From an uncultured Bacilli bacterium (GTDB taxonomy: Bacteria; Bacillota_I; Bacilli_A; RF39; UBA660), in the NCBI GenBank assembly GCA_934149245.1, contig CAKPER010000003.1:2269-66268 (forward strand): DNA of 64,000 nucleotides, read 5' to 3'. Position numbers and translations under genes: made by a program. Shown one piece after another: positions 1 to 9,852 of this stretch (the first letter of the stretch is position 1; each line of letters starts with the position of its first letter). The notes beneath the pieces are model-generated. The model was not told where the DNA came from, ran no database searches, and saw nothing but the letters and a program-made list of their open reading frames with translations.

Positions 1-1
1 A

Positions 2-403
2 TTAAAACAGCATTTATGTAATCTTTTTAACTCTATTAAGATTAAAGATTATAGTGATAATTTTTCTATAAGTGATTTAGAGACTAAAGTATCTATAAAA
101 GATTTTGATTTTAGTGTTAGGAATATTGGTAATATTAATGTTTTGTTTATTGAGTTTCCTAAATCATCATTCGTTTGTAATCAGGCTGAAATAATAGCAA
201 TTGCTTTTTCAAAGGATAGTCCTAGGTATTTTACATTGGAAGTTGAACCTGATTCTATGTATTTAATTGGAGAATGGTTATTAAAAGATAATGTATTTAT
301 TCATATTGATTATGGTGAAGTTACAGAAGACTATTTGATTAGTTTTGTTAAAATTTTGGGTGTCATATTGAACGATGAAACGCAAAAATTATCTAACAAT
401 TAA
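2..403 (+). CDS. hypothetical protein, 3' end of a gene that begins upstream of the window
   Basis: The frame is open from base 2 (LKQHLCNLFNSIKIKDYSDN...) and runs without a stop into the 143..403 track ORF. No motif recognised. It lies directly upstream of T7SS-type genes. Confidence 0.4.
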   Translation, partial: LKQHLCNLFNSIKIKDYSDNFSISDLETKVSIKDFDFSVRNIGNINVLFIEFPKSSFVCNQAEIIAIAFSKDSPRYFTLEVEPDSMYLIGEWLLKDNVFIHIDYGEVTEDYLISFVKILGVILNDETQKLSNN

Positions 404-550
404 TTTTTTGAAGTAAATTGTATAATTAGATGTAAATAATCTTGTTTTATATTTACTTTTTTAAAAAAATATGATTAACTTGTATTAAGTAAAGATATGA
501 GGGCGTCTTTACTATTGAAGTATTAATAAATTATTGATAGGAGGAAAATA

Positions 551-1168
551 ATGGCAAAAATTAATATAGGTGCAACAAAGAGTGCATTAAGTAAATTTTC
601 AGCTTCTTATGACATGGTTGGGAAGTTAATGTTAAAAATTAATAAAGATTATTTTAATGGAATTGACAAATACTGGAATACTTTAACTGCTCATAAGTAT
701 TTTTCAAGTATGGCTGAAAGCCTAAATAGTACTATAAAAACTATGAATAGTGCTTTTAGAGAGGCTAACGAATGTATTCAAAAAGCGGCTAATAATATAG
801 CTTCTGCTGAAGGTGGAACTACTGTTGGAAGTATTTCTTTGAATAATATCTCAGATATTTCAATTGGTTGGGCAGGTAAAGAAGATGGTTATAATTTACC
901 TTTAGAAGGAGAAGCTGCAGCACAAACTAGTTCACATTTTACAGCTCCTATGGCTCAGATTAAAGAGAAATGTGAGAATTGTAAATCAGCTATGGAAACT
1001 ATTAAAAGTAGTGGTTTAGGTGAACAAATTTCTGGCGCTGCAATTGCTGATATTACTAAAATGATTGAAAATGTAAGCAATATCATGGAAAAATATGATA
1101 GTAATGCGGTTAAAAGTGCTTCTAATGAAGATGTTAATGCTAAAAATTACAAAATTAAAACTAGTTAA
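551..1168 (+). CDS. helical WXG-like protein, candidate T7SS substrate
   Basis: AGGAGGA lies 6 nt upstream of the ATG. The 205-aa product has no signal peptide or TM segment and is rich in Ala/Ser/Asn helices. A W-x-G tripeptide (SIGWAGKEDG) sits mid-protein. The gene is in the EssC neighbourhood and is followed by a hairpin terminator. Confidence 0.45.
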   Translation: MAKINIGATKSALSKFSASYDMVGKLMLKINKDYFNGIDKYWNTLTAHKYFSSMAESLNSTIKTMNSAFREANECIQKAANNIASAEGGTTVGSISLNNISDISIGWAGKEDGYNLPLEGEAAAQTSSHFTAPMAQIKEKCENCKSAMETIKSSGLGEQISGAAIADITKMIENVSNIMEKYDSNAVKSASNEDVNAKNYKIKTS

Positions 1169-1205
1169 TTTTTGGTTTTTGTTCTTTGAGAATGTAGAGC
1201 CTTGT

Positions 1206-1237
1206 AAATCACATCTAAAAAATAGATGTGGTTTTTA
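1206..1237 (+). terminator. rho-independent terminator
   Basis: Stem CACATCTA / TAGATGTG with a 5-nt loop, extended by A:T pairs and followed by GTTTTT. Confidence 0.6.
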
Positions 1238-1337
1238 TAATTTTATCTTGAAACTTTTTGAGGGGCTTGAAGTTGAAGAATTACTTGATTATTGTTCTTG
1301 AAAGAATAGTTTATAATTGATTTAATGGAGGTTAGTT

Positions 1338-2258
1338 ATGCTAATAAATGTTGAAAAGATAAAATTTTTGACTCTCAAAATGAAAAAAATAAGAGATAAT
1401 TATGAAGATATCTGCATTAATTATTATGGTAATTTAAATAATGTTAAGGAATGTTGGAAGAGTAATAAAAGTGATGGTTATTTTAATGTTGTTAATAGTG
1501 AAAAAAAGTATTATTTTAGTTTATTAAATAATATTGATGATTTTCTTGATATATTTAAATATTTAATAAATAAGTATGATTCTATAGGTAATATAATTAG
1601 ATATGATTTTAGTTTAGAAGATAGTTATTTACAAAAAAAAATTAGTATAATTGATTCATTAAATGATATCTTAAATATTTATAATAATCTAAATATTAAA
1701 AAAATTAATTCATCTATTTTAAATTTAATAACAAAAGAAAAAGATATTTTATTGAATGGTTTAAAATTTTTAGAAGAATATTGTGATGCAAATAGAAATA
1801 CAATGAATGAAATTGTTTTTGTGGAAAATGATCTTAGAGAAAAGTTTTCTAAATTGGATGTAATAACTATTTCAGTTAGTGATTTTAAAGATTATATCTT
1901 TAATAATAAAGAAAAATATGATGAAATTGTTGTAGATGAAGGGAAAATAAAAACCATATGTAGTAAATTGGAATTTCATCTGAGTGAAGAGCAGAAATTA
2001 ATTAATGATTTGAATGATATCTTTATTGAAATGAGTGATTATTATAAAAGTGATAATATAGATAGAGTTGAAAGAATGGAATGTGAGATTATTTTGGCTA
2101 TGAATAATATTAGAAAAAATAAAATGTTGAATTATCAAATGCTTGTCAAAGAAATTACTAATATTATTCAAACAAGACAAGATGTTAAAAATATTTTAGA
2201 TGGCTTTTCTTCAAATGTTTATGATAATGTAGATAAATTGGAGGGTACTGATGTATAA
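1338..2258 (+). CDS. hypothetical helical protein, T7SS-locus associated
   Basis: GGAGG RBS. The 306-aa product is rich in Asn/Ile/Lys and has no TM segment. Its N-terminal motif ECWKSNKSDGYF resembles the VAWQSENSEAA turn of the paralogs downstream of essC. Confidence 0.4.
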   Translation: MLINVEKIKFLTLKMKKIRDNYEDICINYYGNLNNVKECWKSNKSDGYFNVVNSEKKYYFSLLNNIDDFLDIFKYLINKYDSIGNIIRYDFSLEDSYLQKKISIIDSLNDILNIYNNLNIKKINSSILNLITKEKDILLNGLKFLEEYCDANRNTMNEIVFVENDLREKFSKLDVITISVSDFKDYIFNNKEKYDEIVVDEGKIKTICSKLEFHLSEEQKLINDLNDIFIEMSDYYKSDNIDRVERMECEIILAMNNIRKNKMLNYQMLVKEITNIIQTRQDVKNILDGFSSNVYDNVDKLEGTDV

Positions 2259-2463
2259 TATTAATTATGATAAGATTATTAGTATAAAAGATAAATTAAC
2301 AAAGATAAATATTGAGAAATTATTAGAAATTAATAATAATTTTTTAAATATTGATGATGCTGTTGTTTCTGAGGATGTAATTTTAAATTTTGAGACGGAT
2401 ATTAAAGCTATTCTTAATGAAATTGATTATAGTGTATTACCTTATTTGAATGATGAAGTTTGA
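2251..2463 (+). CDS. small hypothetical protein (70 aa), translationally coupled to the preceding ORF
   Basis: The ATG overlaps the upstream stop by 8 nt and GGAGGG sits just upstream. Its size and helical composition fit the small accessory proteins common in T7SS loci. Confidence 0.35.
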   Translation: MYNINYDKIISIKDKLTKINIEKLLEINNNFLNIDDAVVSEDVILNFETDIKAILNEIDYSVLPYLNDEV

Positions 2464-2556
2464 CTTTAAAAAATTTGAATGATGTAGTTATAATTTTATA
2501 ATGTTACTTGATATTAACATTTTTCATATTGTTGATATCTTTTTTTTATTTTTTAT

Positions 2557-2584
2557 TTGTATTATCTTGATAGTATGTTAAAAT
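2557..2584 (+). promoter_or_regulatory. candidate sigma-A promoter for essC-1 (extended -10)
   Basis: TTGTAT, 16-nt spacer, TGtTAAAAT. It lies about 30 nt upstream of the essC-1 RBS. Confidence 0.35.
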
Positions 2585-2611
2585 AGATATTAAGAATATG
2601 GAGGACTGTTT

Positions 2612-5600
2612 ATGAGGGTATATTTGTTTTTAAATGATAAAATAGTAGATTTTGCTTTACCTAAAGAGATAGTTGGTAGTTTTAGTTTTGATGTTGATGA
2701 AGAGGAAGATATAAAATTAATTAATATTGAGGCTAAAAATGGTGGATGGGTAATATATTCTACTATTGATGTTAGTGTTCTTAGTGGAGAAAATAATATT
2801 TTAGAATTTCAGCAATTGATTAATAATAGTTTTTATATTTTGAGAAGAAGAGATATTAATTATTTAATATATGTTAGTGATTTATCCTTAGATAAAATAT
2901 CTTTGTATTCATATGTAGAGAATATGAATATAAATGTTGGTAATACTAGTAGTGCTACTGTATTGTATCCTTGTTCTTATCTTGTTAATGAGAATATTAA
3001 AATTACTATTAAGAATGAAAAAATTATTTTAGAATGTGATAAAAAAGATGGAATTTATATTAATAAGCTAGCTGTTATGGGAAATACTAATATTGTTAAT
3101 ATTGGAGATGAAGTAAATATTTATGCATTGAGATTAGTTTTTTTGAGTAAGATAGTTGTTATTAATAATCCTACTGGTAATGTATCAGTTTTATCTACTT
3201 CTAATTTGGTAAAATATGTCCTTCCATATGATAAGGAAGTTCCAAATAATCTGATAGTTAGAGATATTGAACTTTATAATAAAAAGGATTATTTTTCTAA
3301 GTCTCCTAGAATTAGAACTATCATTAATGAATTTAATTTAAAATTAAGTCCACCACCTAGAGAGAATAATAATGATGATTTGCCCTCTATTCTAACAATT
3401 GGTCCAATGATTACTATGGGAATAACTTCTGGTGTAATGATGTTGGAAGTTTATATAAAATTAAAAAATGGTGAAGTTAGTTGGAAGGATTCTTGGTCTT
3501 CTTTAGTTATATCTGGTACGATGTTATTATCAATGTTATTTTGGCCATTAATTACTGATTTTTATAATAAAAGAATGCAAAAGAAAAAAAGAAAAAAATT
3601 AGTTGTTAAATATTCCAAATACTTAAATGAAAAGAGAGAAGAATTAATAACGGAGCTTAATAATCAAAAACGTATATTAATAGATAATTTAGTAACTGTT
3701 GATGAGTGCTTAAATGTTATAAAAAATAGAAACATGAATTTTTGGAATAAAAGAATTGATCAAAGTGATTTTTTAACTGTAAGAGTTGGAGTTGGAAATG
3801 ATTTTTTCAAAGTTAATATAGAATATCCTGAAGAAGGATTTACGATGGATGAAGATGAATTAAAAGAACAGGCTGATCAGTTGGTAACGCAATTTAAATA
3901 TATAGAAAATGTTCCAATTGGATATTCGTTGTATGAAAATAAACTTACAGCAGTAATGGGAAGTAATAGATTAAAAAGTATAACATTTGTAAATAATATA
4001 TTATTACAGTTGTTTACTTTTTATAGTTATGAAGATTTAAAAATTGTTGTATTTACTAATAAATATAATGAAAATAATTGGGATTATATAAGGTATTTGA
4101 ATCATAATTTTAGTAATGATAAAAAAATTAGATTTTTTTCAACAAATAATGATAGTGCTGATGTTTTAGCAGATTTTTTATATAATTGTATGGTTACTAG
4201 AAAAAATCAAGAGAAAAATAGTGAAAAGTCGTCTAATATTTATAGACCATACTATTTAATTATTGTTGATGATTATAATATTGTTCGTGATTATGAATTT
4301 GTAAATATATTAACAGAGAACGATAATAATTTTGGAGTTGGTATGCTAATTATTGAAGAAAAGTTGAGTAAACTTCCTAGTAAATGTAACAATTATATTA
4401 CCATTCAGAATGGAAAGTCAGGTATTTTAAAGAATAGATATGATAGACAGGAACAAATAACTTTTGTTGATGAAGTTAATTATAATGTTGATTATATGCA
4501 AGTTGCTAGAATTATTTCTAATATTCCAATAGAATTTGAAGAGAAAGTTGGGTCATTGCCAGATACTATTAGTTTTATGGAAATGGATCATGTTGGTAAG
4601 GTTGAACAATTAAATATATTAAATCGATGGAATACTAATGATGCAACTAGTAGTTTAAGAGCTGAAGTTGGATTGAATAATCAAAAGAAGGTAATATATT
4701 TAGATTTACATGAAAAATATCATGGTCCTCATGGGTTGATAGCTGGAACAACTGGTAGTGGAAAAAGTGAATTTATTATTACTTATATATTATCTATGTG
4801 TGTAAATTATAGTCCTGATGATGTTTCATTTATTTTAATTGATTATAAAGGTGGAGGATTGGCTCTTGCTTTTGAAAATAAAGTAACTGGTATTTGTTTG
4901 CCACATTTAGCTGGAACTATTACTAATTTGGATAAAGCAGAAATGGATAGAACACTTGTTAGTATTGATAGTGAAATTAAAAGAAGGCAAAGAATGTTTA
5001 ATGAAGCTAGAGATGTTTTAGGGGAAAGTACTATGGATATTTATAAGTATCAAACTAATTACAAAATAGGTAAACTTCAAAAACCTATTCCACATTTATT
5101 TATAATATGTGATGAGTTTGCTGAATTAAAGAGTCAACAACCTGATTTTATGGATAATCTTATAAGTGTTGCTAGAATTGGTAGAAGTTTAGGAGTACAT
5201 TTAATTTTGGCTACTCAGAAACCTAGTGGTGTAGTAAATGATCAAATATGGTCCAATACTAGGTTTAGAGTGTGTTTGAAGGTACAAGATGAAGCAGATA
5301 GTAATGAGATGTTGAAACGTCCAGAGGCTGCACATATAACACAAGCTGGTAGATTTTATTTACAAATTGGATATGATGAGATATTTGTGTTAGGACAATC
5401 TGGGTATAGTGGAGCTAAATATTATCCTTCTGATAAGATAATTAAGAAAATTGATAAAAATGTTGATTTTATAGATGATTGTGGGAGTTTGATTAAGTCT
5501 GTTAAAGAAGAAGATAATGTAAAACTTATAGCACAAGGTGAACAGTTAGCGGCAGTTATGAAAAATATTATAAGTGTTGCTAATTCGGTTAATAAAAAGG

Positions 5601-7330
5601 CTAGACGTTTATGGTTAGATAATATTCCTAGCATTATTTTAGTTGATAATATATATAAAAAATACGCTTTAAAGTCTGTTGAATATGATGTTAAAGCAAT
5701 AATTGGAGAATATGATGCTCCGGAAAAGCAAGAACAAGGAATTGTTATTTATGATTATTTAGATAAAGGAAATACTATTGTTTATAGTCAAGTTGGTAGT
5801 GAATCTGAAATGTTTTTGGATTCGTTGATATATTCTTCATCTAAGTATCATTCTGCCAGTGAAATTAACTTTTATATTATAGATTATGGCTCAGAATCAT
5901 TAAGAAAATTTGTAAATCTTCCTCATGTTGGTGGAATAGTTTTTAATGGTGAAGAGGATAGATATAAAAGTTTGATAAGATTTATAAAGAAAGAGTTAGT
6001 TTATCGAAAAAGATTATTTGTTAATTATGGTAGTGATTATAAAAATTATATAAAGAATAGTATGACAAAGTTACCTATTTATACTATTATTATTAATAAT
6101 TTTGATACTTTTTATGAAATTCATGAAGAGGTGTATGATGAATTTCCAGAACTAATTAGAGATTCTTTTAGATATGGTATTGTATTTATATTTACATGTA
6201 GTGCTAGTGGTTCTATTCCAACTAAAATTTCACAAAATTTTAGTAATATATATGCTTTTAAGCTTAAGGAAATTGGAGATTATATAGATGTTTTTAATAC
6301 TAGTTCTAATGGGATTGTTCCAAGAAATATATCAGGAAGAGGTTTAATAAATAATGATGGTATACACGAATTTCAAGTAGCATCAATAGTTCAAAATAAT
6401 AGTGAATTAAATGATTATTTGATTAAATTTTCTGAATATGAGAATAAAATTACTAATTATAGGGCAATTTCTATACCTATGCTTCCAGATTTTGTTAGAT
6501 ATGAGTATGTAAAAACGTATATAAATACTTTAAAAAATATTCCAATTGGTATGACTAGGAGCGATTTAGAAGTATCGTGTTTTGACTTCTTAGAAAATGT
6601 TGGAACAATTATATCATCTAATAAACTTTCAAATATGGATATTTTTGTTAGAAGTTTGTTAGAGATTTTGAGAAATATTCCCAATATTAATTTGATTATT
6701 TTAGATCCATTAAAAAAACTTAGATTAAATCCAAAGTATTATCCTAATTATTTTATGGATGATTTTGGAAATGTATTATTGAAATTGACAGAATTTATAG
6801 AAAACTTGATTAAAAATAGAGATAAAAAAGAAGGAATATTAGTTTTGTATGGTTTAAGTAATTTTCCAAATTGTGTTAATGATATAGCGTTGTCGTCTGG
6901 TAGTGATATTAGCAATAATAATACTTTAGATGAAGATGATGAATATGATGAAGATGACGAGGATGATGAAGATGACGAGGATGATGAAGATTATTCTGAT
7001 GAAAATGTTGGAATATTATCAGGAAATAAAAACTTTATTAAATTCATGCAAATGGTATATGCTGATGGTCATATTGGGGTAATAGGAATAGATGATGCTC
7101 ATAAAATTAGAGATGTACAATATGAAGATTGGTATACACATATTTTTCCATCAGAAAATGGTGTATGGATTGGTGGAGGAGTTAGTGATCAAGGTGTATT
7201 GAAAACAGATGATTTTAATCAAGATTTTCAAGGAAAAATTCCTAATGAAATAGGTTTTAAAATTGAGGATGGTGGAATAGATAGTATAAAGTTATTAGAT
7301 TTTTTTAGTAAGAGTGGTGATTATAAATAG
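2612..7330 (+). CDS. essC: T7SS FtsK/SpoIIIE-family ATPase EssC (copy 1)
   Basis: 1572 aa. The N-terminus is FHA-like (MRVYLFLNDKIVDFALPKEIVGSF), followed by two TM helices (ILTIGPMITMGITSGVMML, LVISGTMLLSMLFWPLI). ATPase domain D1 has LDLHEKYHGPHGLIAGTTGSGKSEF (Walker A) and HLFIICDEFAELK (Walker B). Two further P-loop-like domains have degenerate Walker A sequences. Confidence 0.93.
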   Translation: MRVYLFLNDKIVDFALPKEIVGSFSFDVDEEEDIKLINIEAKNGGWVIYSTIDVSVLSGENNILEFQQLINNSFYILRRRDINYLIYVSDLSLDKISLYSYVENMNINVGNTSSATVLYPCSYLVNENIKITIKNEKIILECDKKDGIYINKLAVMGNTNIVNIGDEVNIYALRLVFLSKIVVINNPTGNVSVLSTSNLVKYVLPYDKEVPNNLIVRDIELYNKKDYFSKSPRIRTIINEFNLKLSPPPRENNNDDLPSILTIGPMITMGITSGVMMLEVYIKLKNGEVSWKDSWSSLVISGTMLLSMLFWPLITDFYNKRMQKKKRKKLVVKYSKYLNEKREELITELNNQKRILIDNLVTVDECLNVIKNRNMNFWNKRIDQSDFLTVRVGVGNDFFKVNIEYPEEGFTMDEDELKEQADQLVTQFKYIENVPIGYSLYENKLTAVMGSNRLKSITFVNNILLQLFTFYSYEDLKIVVFTNKYNENNWDYIRYLNHNFSNDKKIRFFSTNNDSADVLADFLYNCMVTRKNQEKNSEKSSNIYRPYYLIIVDDYNIVRDYEFVNILTENDNNFGVGMLIIEEKLSKLPSKCNNYITIQNGKSGILKNRYDRQEQITFVDEVNYNVDYMQVARIISNIPIEFEEKVGSLPDTISFMEMDHVGKVEQLNILNRWNTNDATSSLRAEVGLNNQKKVIYLDLHEKYHGPHGLIAGTTGSGKSEFIITYILSMCVNYSPDDVSFILIDYKGGGLALAFENKVTGICLPHLAGTITNLDKAEMDRTLVSIDSEIKRRQRMFNEARDVLGESTMDIYKYQTNYKIGKLQKPIPHLFIICDEFAELKSQQPDFMDNLISVARIGRSLGVHLILATQKPSGVVNDQIWSNTRFRVCLKVQDEADSNEMLKRPEAAHITQAGRFYLQIGYDEIFVLGQSGYSGAKYYPSDKIIKKIDKNVDFIDDCGSLIKSVKEEDNVKLIAQGEQLAAVMKNIISVANSVNKKARRLWLDNIPSIILVDNIYKKYALKSVEYDVKAIIGEYDAPEKQEQGIVIYDYLDKGNTIVYSQVGSESEMFLDSLIYSSSKYHSASEINFYIIDYGSESLRKFVNLPHVGGIVFNGEEDRYKSLIRFIKKELVYRKRLFVNYGSDYKNYIKNSMTKLPIYTIIINNFDTFYEIHEEVYDEFPELIRDSFRYGIVFIFTCSASGSIPTKISQNFSNIYAFKLKEIGDYIDVFNTSSNGIVPRNISGRGLINNDGIHEFQVASIVQNNSELNDYLIKFSEYENKITNYRAISIPMLPDFVRYEYVKTYINTLKNIPIGMTRSDLEVSCFDFLENVGTIISSNKLSNMDIFVRSLLEILRNIPNINLIILDPLKKLRLNPKYYPNYFMDDFGNVLLKLTEFIENLIKNRDKKEGILVLYGLSNFPNCVNDIALSSGSDISNNNTLDEDDEYDEDDEDDEDDEDDEDYSDENVGILSGNKNFIKFMQMVYADGHIGVIGIDDAHKIRDVQYEDWYTHIFPSENGVWIGGGVSDQGVLKTDDFNQDFQGKIPNEIGFKIEDGGIDSIKLLDFFSKSGDYK
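6929..6991 (+). repeat. in-frame 18-bp tandem repeat (about 3.5 copies) encoding a poly-Asp/Glu tract in EssC-1
   Basis: GATGAAGATGACGAGGAT occurs at 6947-6964 and identically at 6965-6982. A diverged copy precedes it at 6929-6946 and a half copy follows. Translation: DEDDEYDEDDEDDEDDEDDED. Confidence 0.9.
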
Positions 7331-7594
7331 ATGAATAATAAAGTATTGATAAAATTAATAGTACCTTCTTTAGATAAATCTTACGATTTATTTATTCCGG
7401 TTAATGAGACTATATACAAGATAAAAAAATTAATATTGGAATCTTTGAATGACATAGATACTAATATGTTGAATGTTTCTTATGTTTTAATAAATAAAAT
7501 AAATTCTAGGGTGTATAATAATAAAGAAATAGTTATTAATACTGATATTAGAAATGCAACAGAGTTAATGTTGTTATATAATTTTAATTTATAA
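7331..7594 (+). CDS. esaB: YukD/EsaB-like ubiquitin-fold T7SS protein (copy 1)
   Basis: 87 aa. The ATG directly abuts the essC-1 stop codon. The pattern VLIKLIVPSLDKSYDLFIPVNETIYKIKKLI matches the EsaB/YukD 'YDL..P' beta-grasp N-terminus. Confidence 0.75.
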   Translation: MNNKVLIKLIVPSLDKSYDLFIPVNETIYKIKKLILESLNDIDTNMLNVSYVLINKINSRVYNNKEIVINTDIRNATELMLLYNFNL

Positions 7595-7692
7595 CTTTAC
7601 AAAATGATATTAAATTGTTGCATTTTTCTTTATTATTATTGAATTTTAAAATGTTTTATGTTTTAATTATAATGGAAAGAGGTATTTGGTAT

Positions 7693-8361
7693 ATGAAGAG
7701 TCGTATTGTTGTGAATGTATCTAAGGTGAGAAATACAATTATTTATATTCAGAAACAATATGATCAAATATTTGCTTTTGCAAAAAGAACTCAAAAAAAC
7801 GGAATAGATGTTTTGGAATTAGCTTGGCAGACAGATAATTCTAAAAAAGTTATTAATGAATTAATTGGGAGTCTTAATAATAAAATGAAAAAAATAACTA
7901 ATCATTATAAAATTTTAATTAATTCTTTAAATAGTTATGCTAAGGAAATTTGTAATTCTGGTAATAATTATTGGGTTAATATCGAATTTAAACCCATTTA
8001 TTGGAAGTTTAGTTGTAGAAGTATTGAAAATGATGATTTTGTATATGATGAAGATAAAACTACAAGTTCAATGATTGAATTAAAGAAATTAGTATCTGAT
8101 ATAATAAAAATTCAATATGAAACTATACGTAAATTTAAAAATAATAATGAGTGTTTTGGTATTGAAAATAATAATTTTTGTGTAATTAACAAATTTCAAA
8201 GAGACATGAAGATTTTTATTGATGAAATTGACGGGGAATTGAATAGCTGTATAAAGAAAATTGATTTAAGTGTTAATAATCAAAAATATATTTTGGATAG
8301 TATAAACAAGAAATATAATAAAAGTGATTTTGATGGTAAAGATTGGAGTGTTGTTAATTAA
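7693..8361 (+). CDS. T7SS substrate-like double-hairpin helical protein, paralog A
   Basis: The start was moved to the ATG that aligns with paralogs B and C (MKSRIVVNVSKVRNTIIYIQKQYDQ versus MGTNIIVNREKCNQTIMYIQRQYDQ). It has the WXG-position motif LAWQTDNS and a C-terminal YNKSD (YxxxD). It ends in WSVVN. Confidence 0.6.
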   Translation: MKSRIVVNVSKVRNTIIYIQKQYDQIFAFAKRTQKNGIDVLELAWQTDNSKKVINELIGSLNNKMKKITNHYKILINSLNSYAKEICNSGNNYWVNIEFKPIYWKFSCRSIENDDFVYDEDKTTSSMIELKKLVSDIIKIQYETIRKFKNNNECFGIENNNFCVINKFQRDMKIFIDEIDGELNSCIKKIDLSVNNQKYILDSINKKYNKSDFDGKDWSVVN

Positions 8362-8379
8362 TGAAAAAGGAAGGTAAAT

Positions 8380-9102
8380 ATGGGAACAAATATAATAGTT
8401 AATAGAGAAAAGTGTAATCAAACAATTATGTACATTCAAAGACAATATGATCAGATAATGTATATGGCTAAAAAAAATCAAGAGAGAGGAATAGATGCTC
8501 TTTGCGTAGCTTGGCAGTCTGAGAATTCTGAAGCGGCTGTTAAAGAATTAGTAGTAAATTTAAATGCTACTTTTAAAACAATAACAAAAAGATATAGAAG
8601 ACTAATTAATAAATTAAATAATTTTGCGGAAGCTATATTTAAATCTGGTGGTGGTCATTGGAAAAGAATAGAATTTCAGGCTAGTAAAGAGTATCAATTT
8701 AGTGCAAGAAATGCCAAAAATGGTCAATTTAAGTATAATGAGACTGCTGTAACAGAGGCTATTGGAAGAATTAGACAGTTATCCAGAAGTATAGAAAAAA
8801 ATCAAAGAGAAACAATAGCTAAATTTGCTAGGAATAATGAAGTTTTTGGAAAGTCTGATAATCCACAAGTAATACAAAATTTTAAAAAAGCAATGCAAGC
8901 TTGTTCTAATGAGGTAAAACAAGATGTTAATAGATGTATAAAGAAATTTGGAATAACAGAGAAACAACAAAAGACAATGATTAGGGCTATTGAATCTGAA
9001 TATGGAAATGATGATTTGGATAGTTATACCAAATCTGGAAAAATAGTTGGTAGTGATAGTAATAATAATGATTCTTTAAATAATTGGTATCTCGTTAATT
9101 GA
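8380..9102 (+). CDS. T7SS substrate-like double-hairpin helical protein, paralog B
   Basis: GGAAGG RBS, 240 aa, no signal peptide or TM segment. Motifs: VAWQSENSEAAV, and YGNDD (YxxxD) near residue 208. It ends in WYLVN. Confidence 0.65.
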   Translation: MGTNIIVNREKCNQTIMYIQRQYDQIMYMAKKNQERGIDALCVAWQSENSEAAVKELVVNLNATFKTITKRYRRLINKLNNFAEAIFKSGGGHWKRIEFQASKEYQFSARNAKNGQFKYNETAVTEAIGRIRQLSRSIEKNQRETIAKFARNNEVFGKSDNPQVIQNFKKAMQACSNEVKQDVNRCIKKFGITEKQQKTMIRAIESEYGNDDLDSYTKSGKIVGSDSNNNDSLNNWYLVN

Positions 9103-9852
9103 TAATAGTTTATTTTGGTATTTTTTAAAAAATGTGTAATTTAATAGTGATAATTTTAATTTATAGAAATGTTTTGAAAAATTTATATATATTATATGAG
9201 GAGGAAAATATATGGGAACAAATATAATAGTTAATAGAGAAAAGTGTAATCAAACAATTATGTATATTCAAAGGCAGTATGATCAGATAATGCATATGGC
9301 TCAAAAAAATCAAATAAGAGGAATAGATGCTCTTTGTGTGGCTTGGCAGTCTGAGAATTCTGAAGCGGCTGTTGAAGAATTAGTAGTAAATTTAAATGCT
9401 ACTTTTAGAACAATAACAAAAAGATATAGAAGATTAATCAATAAATTAAATAATTTTGCGGAGGCTATATTTAAATCTGGTGGTGGTCATTGGAAAAGAA
9501 TAGAGTTTCAGGCTAGTAAAGAATATCAGTTTAGTGCTAAAAAGGCCAAAAATGGTCAATTTAAGTATGATGAGGTTGCTGTAACAGAAGCTATCGGAAG
9601 AATTAAGCAGTTATCCAGAAGTATAGAAAAAAATCAAAGAGAAACGGTAGCTAAATTTGCTAGAAATAATGAAGTTTTTGGGAAATCTGATAATCCACAG
9701 GTAATACAAAATTTTAAAAAAGCAATGCAAGCTTGCTCTAATGAGGTAAAGCAAGATGTTAATAGATGCATAAAGAAATTTGGAATAACAGAGGAACAAC
9801 AAAAGGCAATGATTAATAAAATTGAAAGTCAATATGGAAATGAATCTTTAGC
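8380..9852 (+). repeat. tandem gene duplication with an 832-bp period
   Basis: About 8380-9020 and about 9212-9852 are near-identical at the DNA level. The encoded proteins differ at about 11 of the first ~195 residues by eye. The copies then diverge completely at the 3' ends. Confidence 0.85.

Noticed and set aside
1095-1301. 68-aa ORF overlapping the 3' end of the 205-aa gene and its terminator.
   Set aside because: It overlaps a better-supported gene, runs through a terminator hairpin, and has no RBS.
7615-7692. N-terminal extensions given by the ORF track. These are 7615 for paralog A, and similarly 11086 for essC-2, 16135 for the WXG gene, 22058 for spoIIID, 10014 for spoIIR, 42537 for ssb, 43045 for ctp and 44513 for the response regulator.
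   Set aside because: Internal ATG codons with good RBS spacing align with the paralog or family N-termini. The extensions are hydrophobic or low-complexity, overlap upstream genes or terminators, and lack an RBS.
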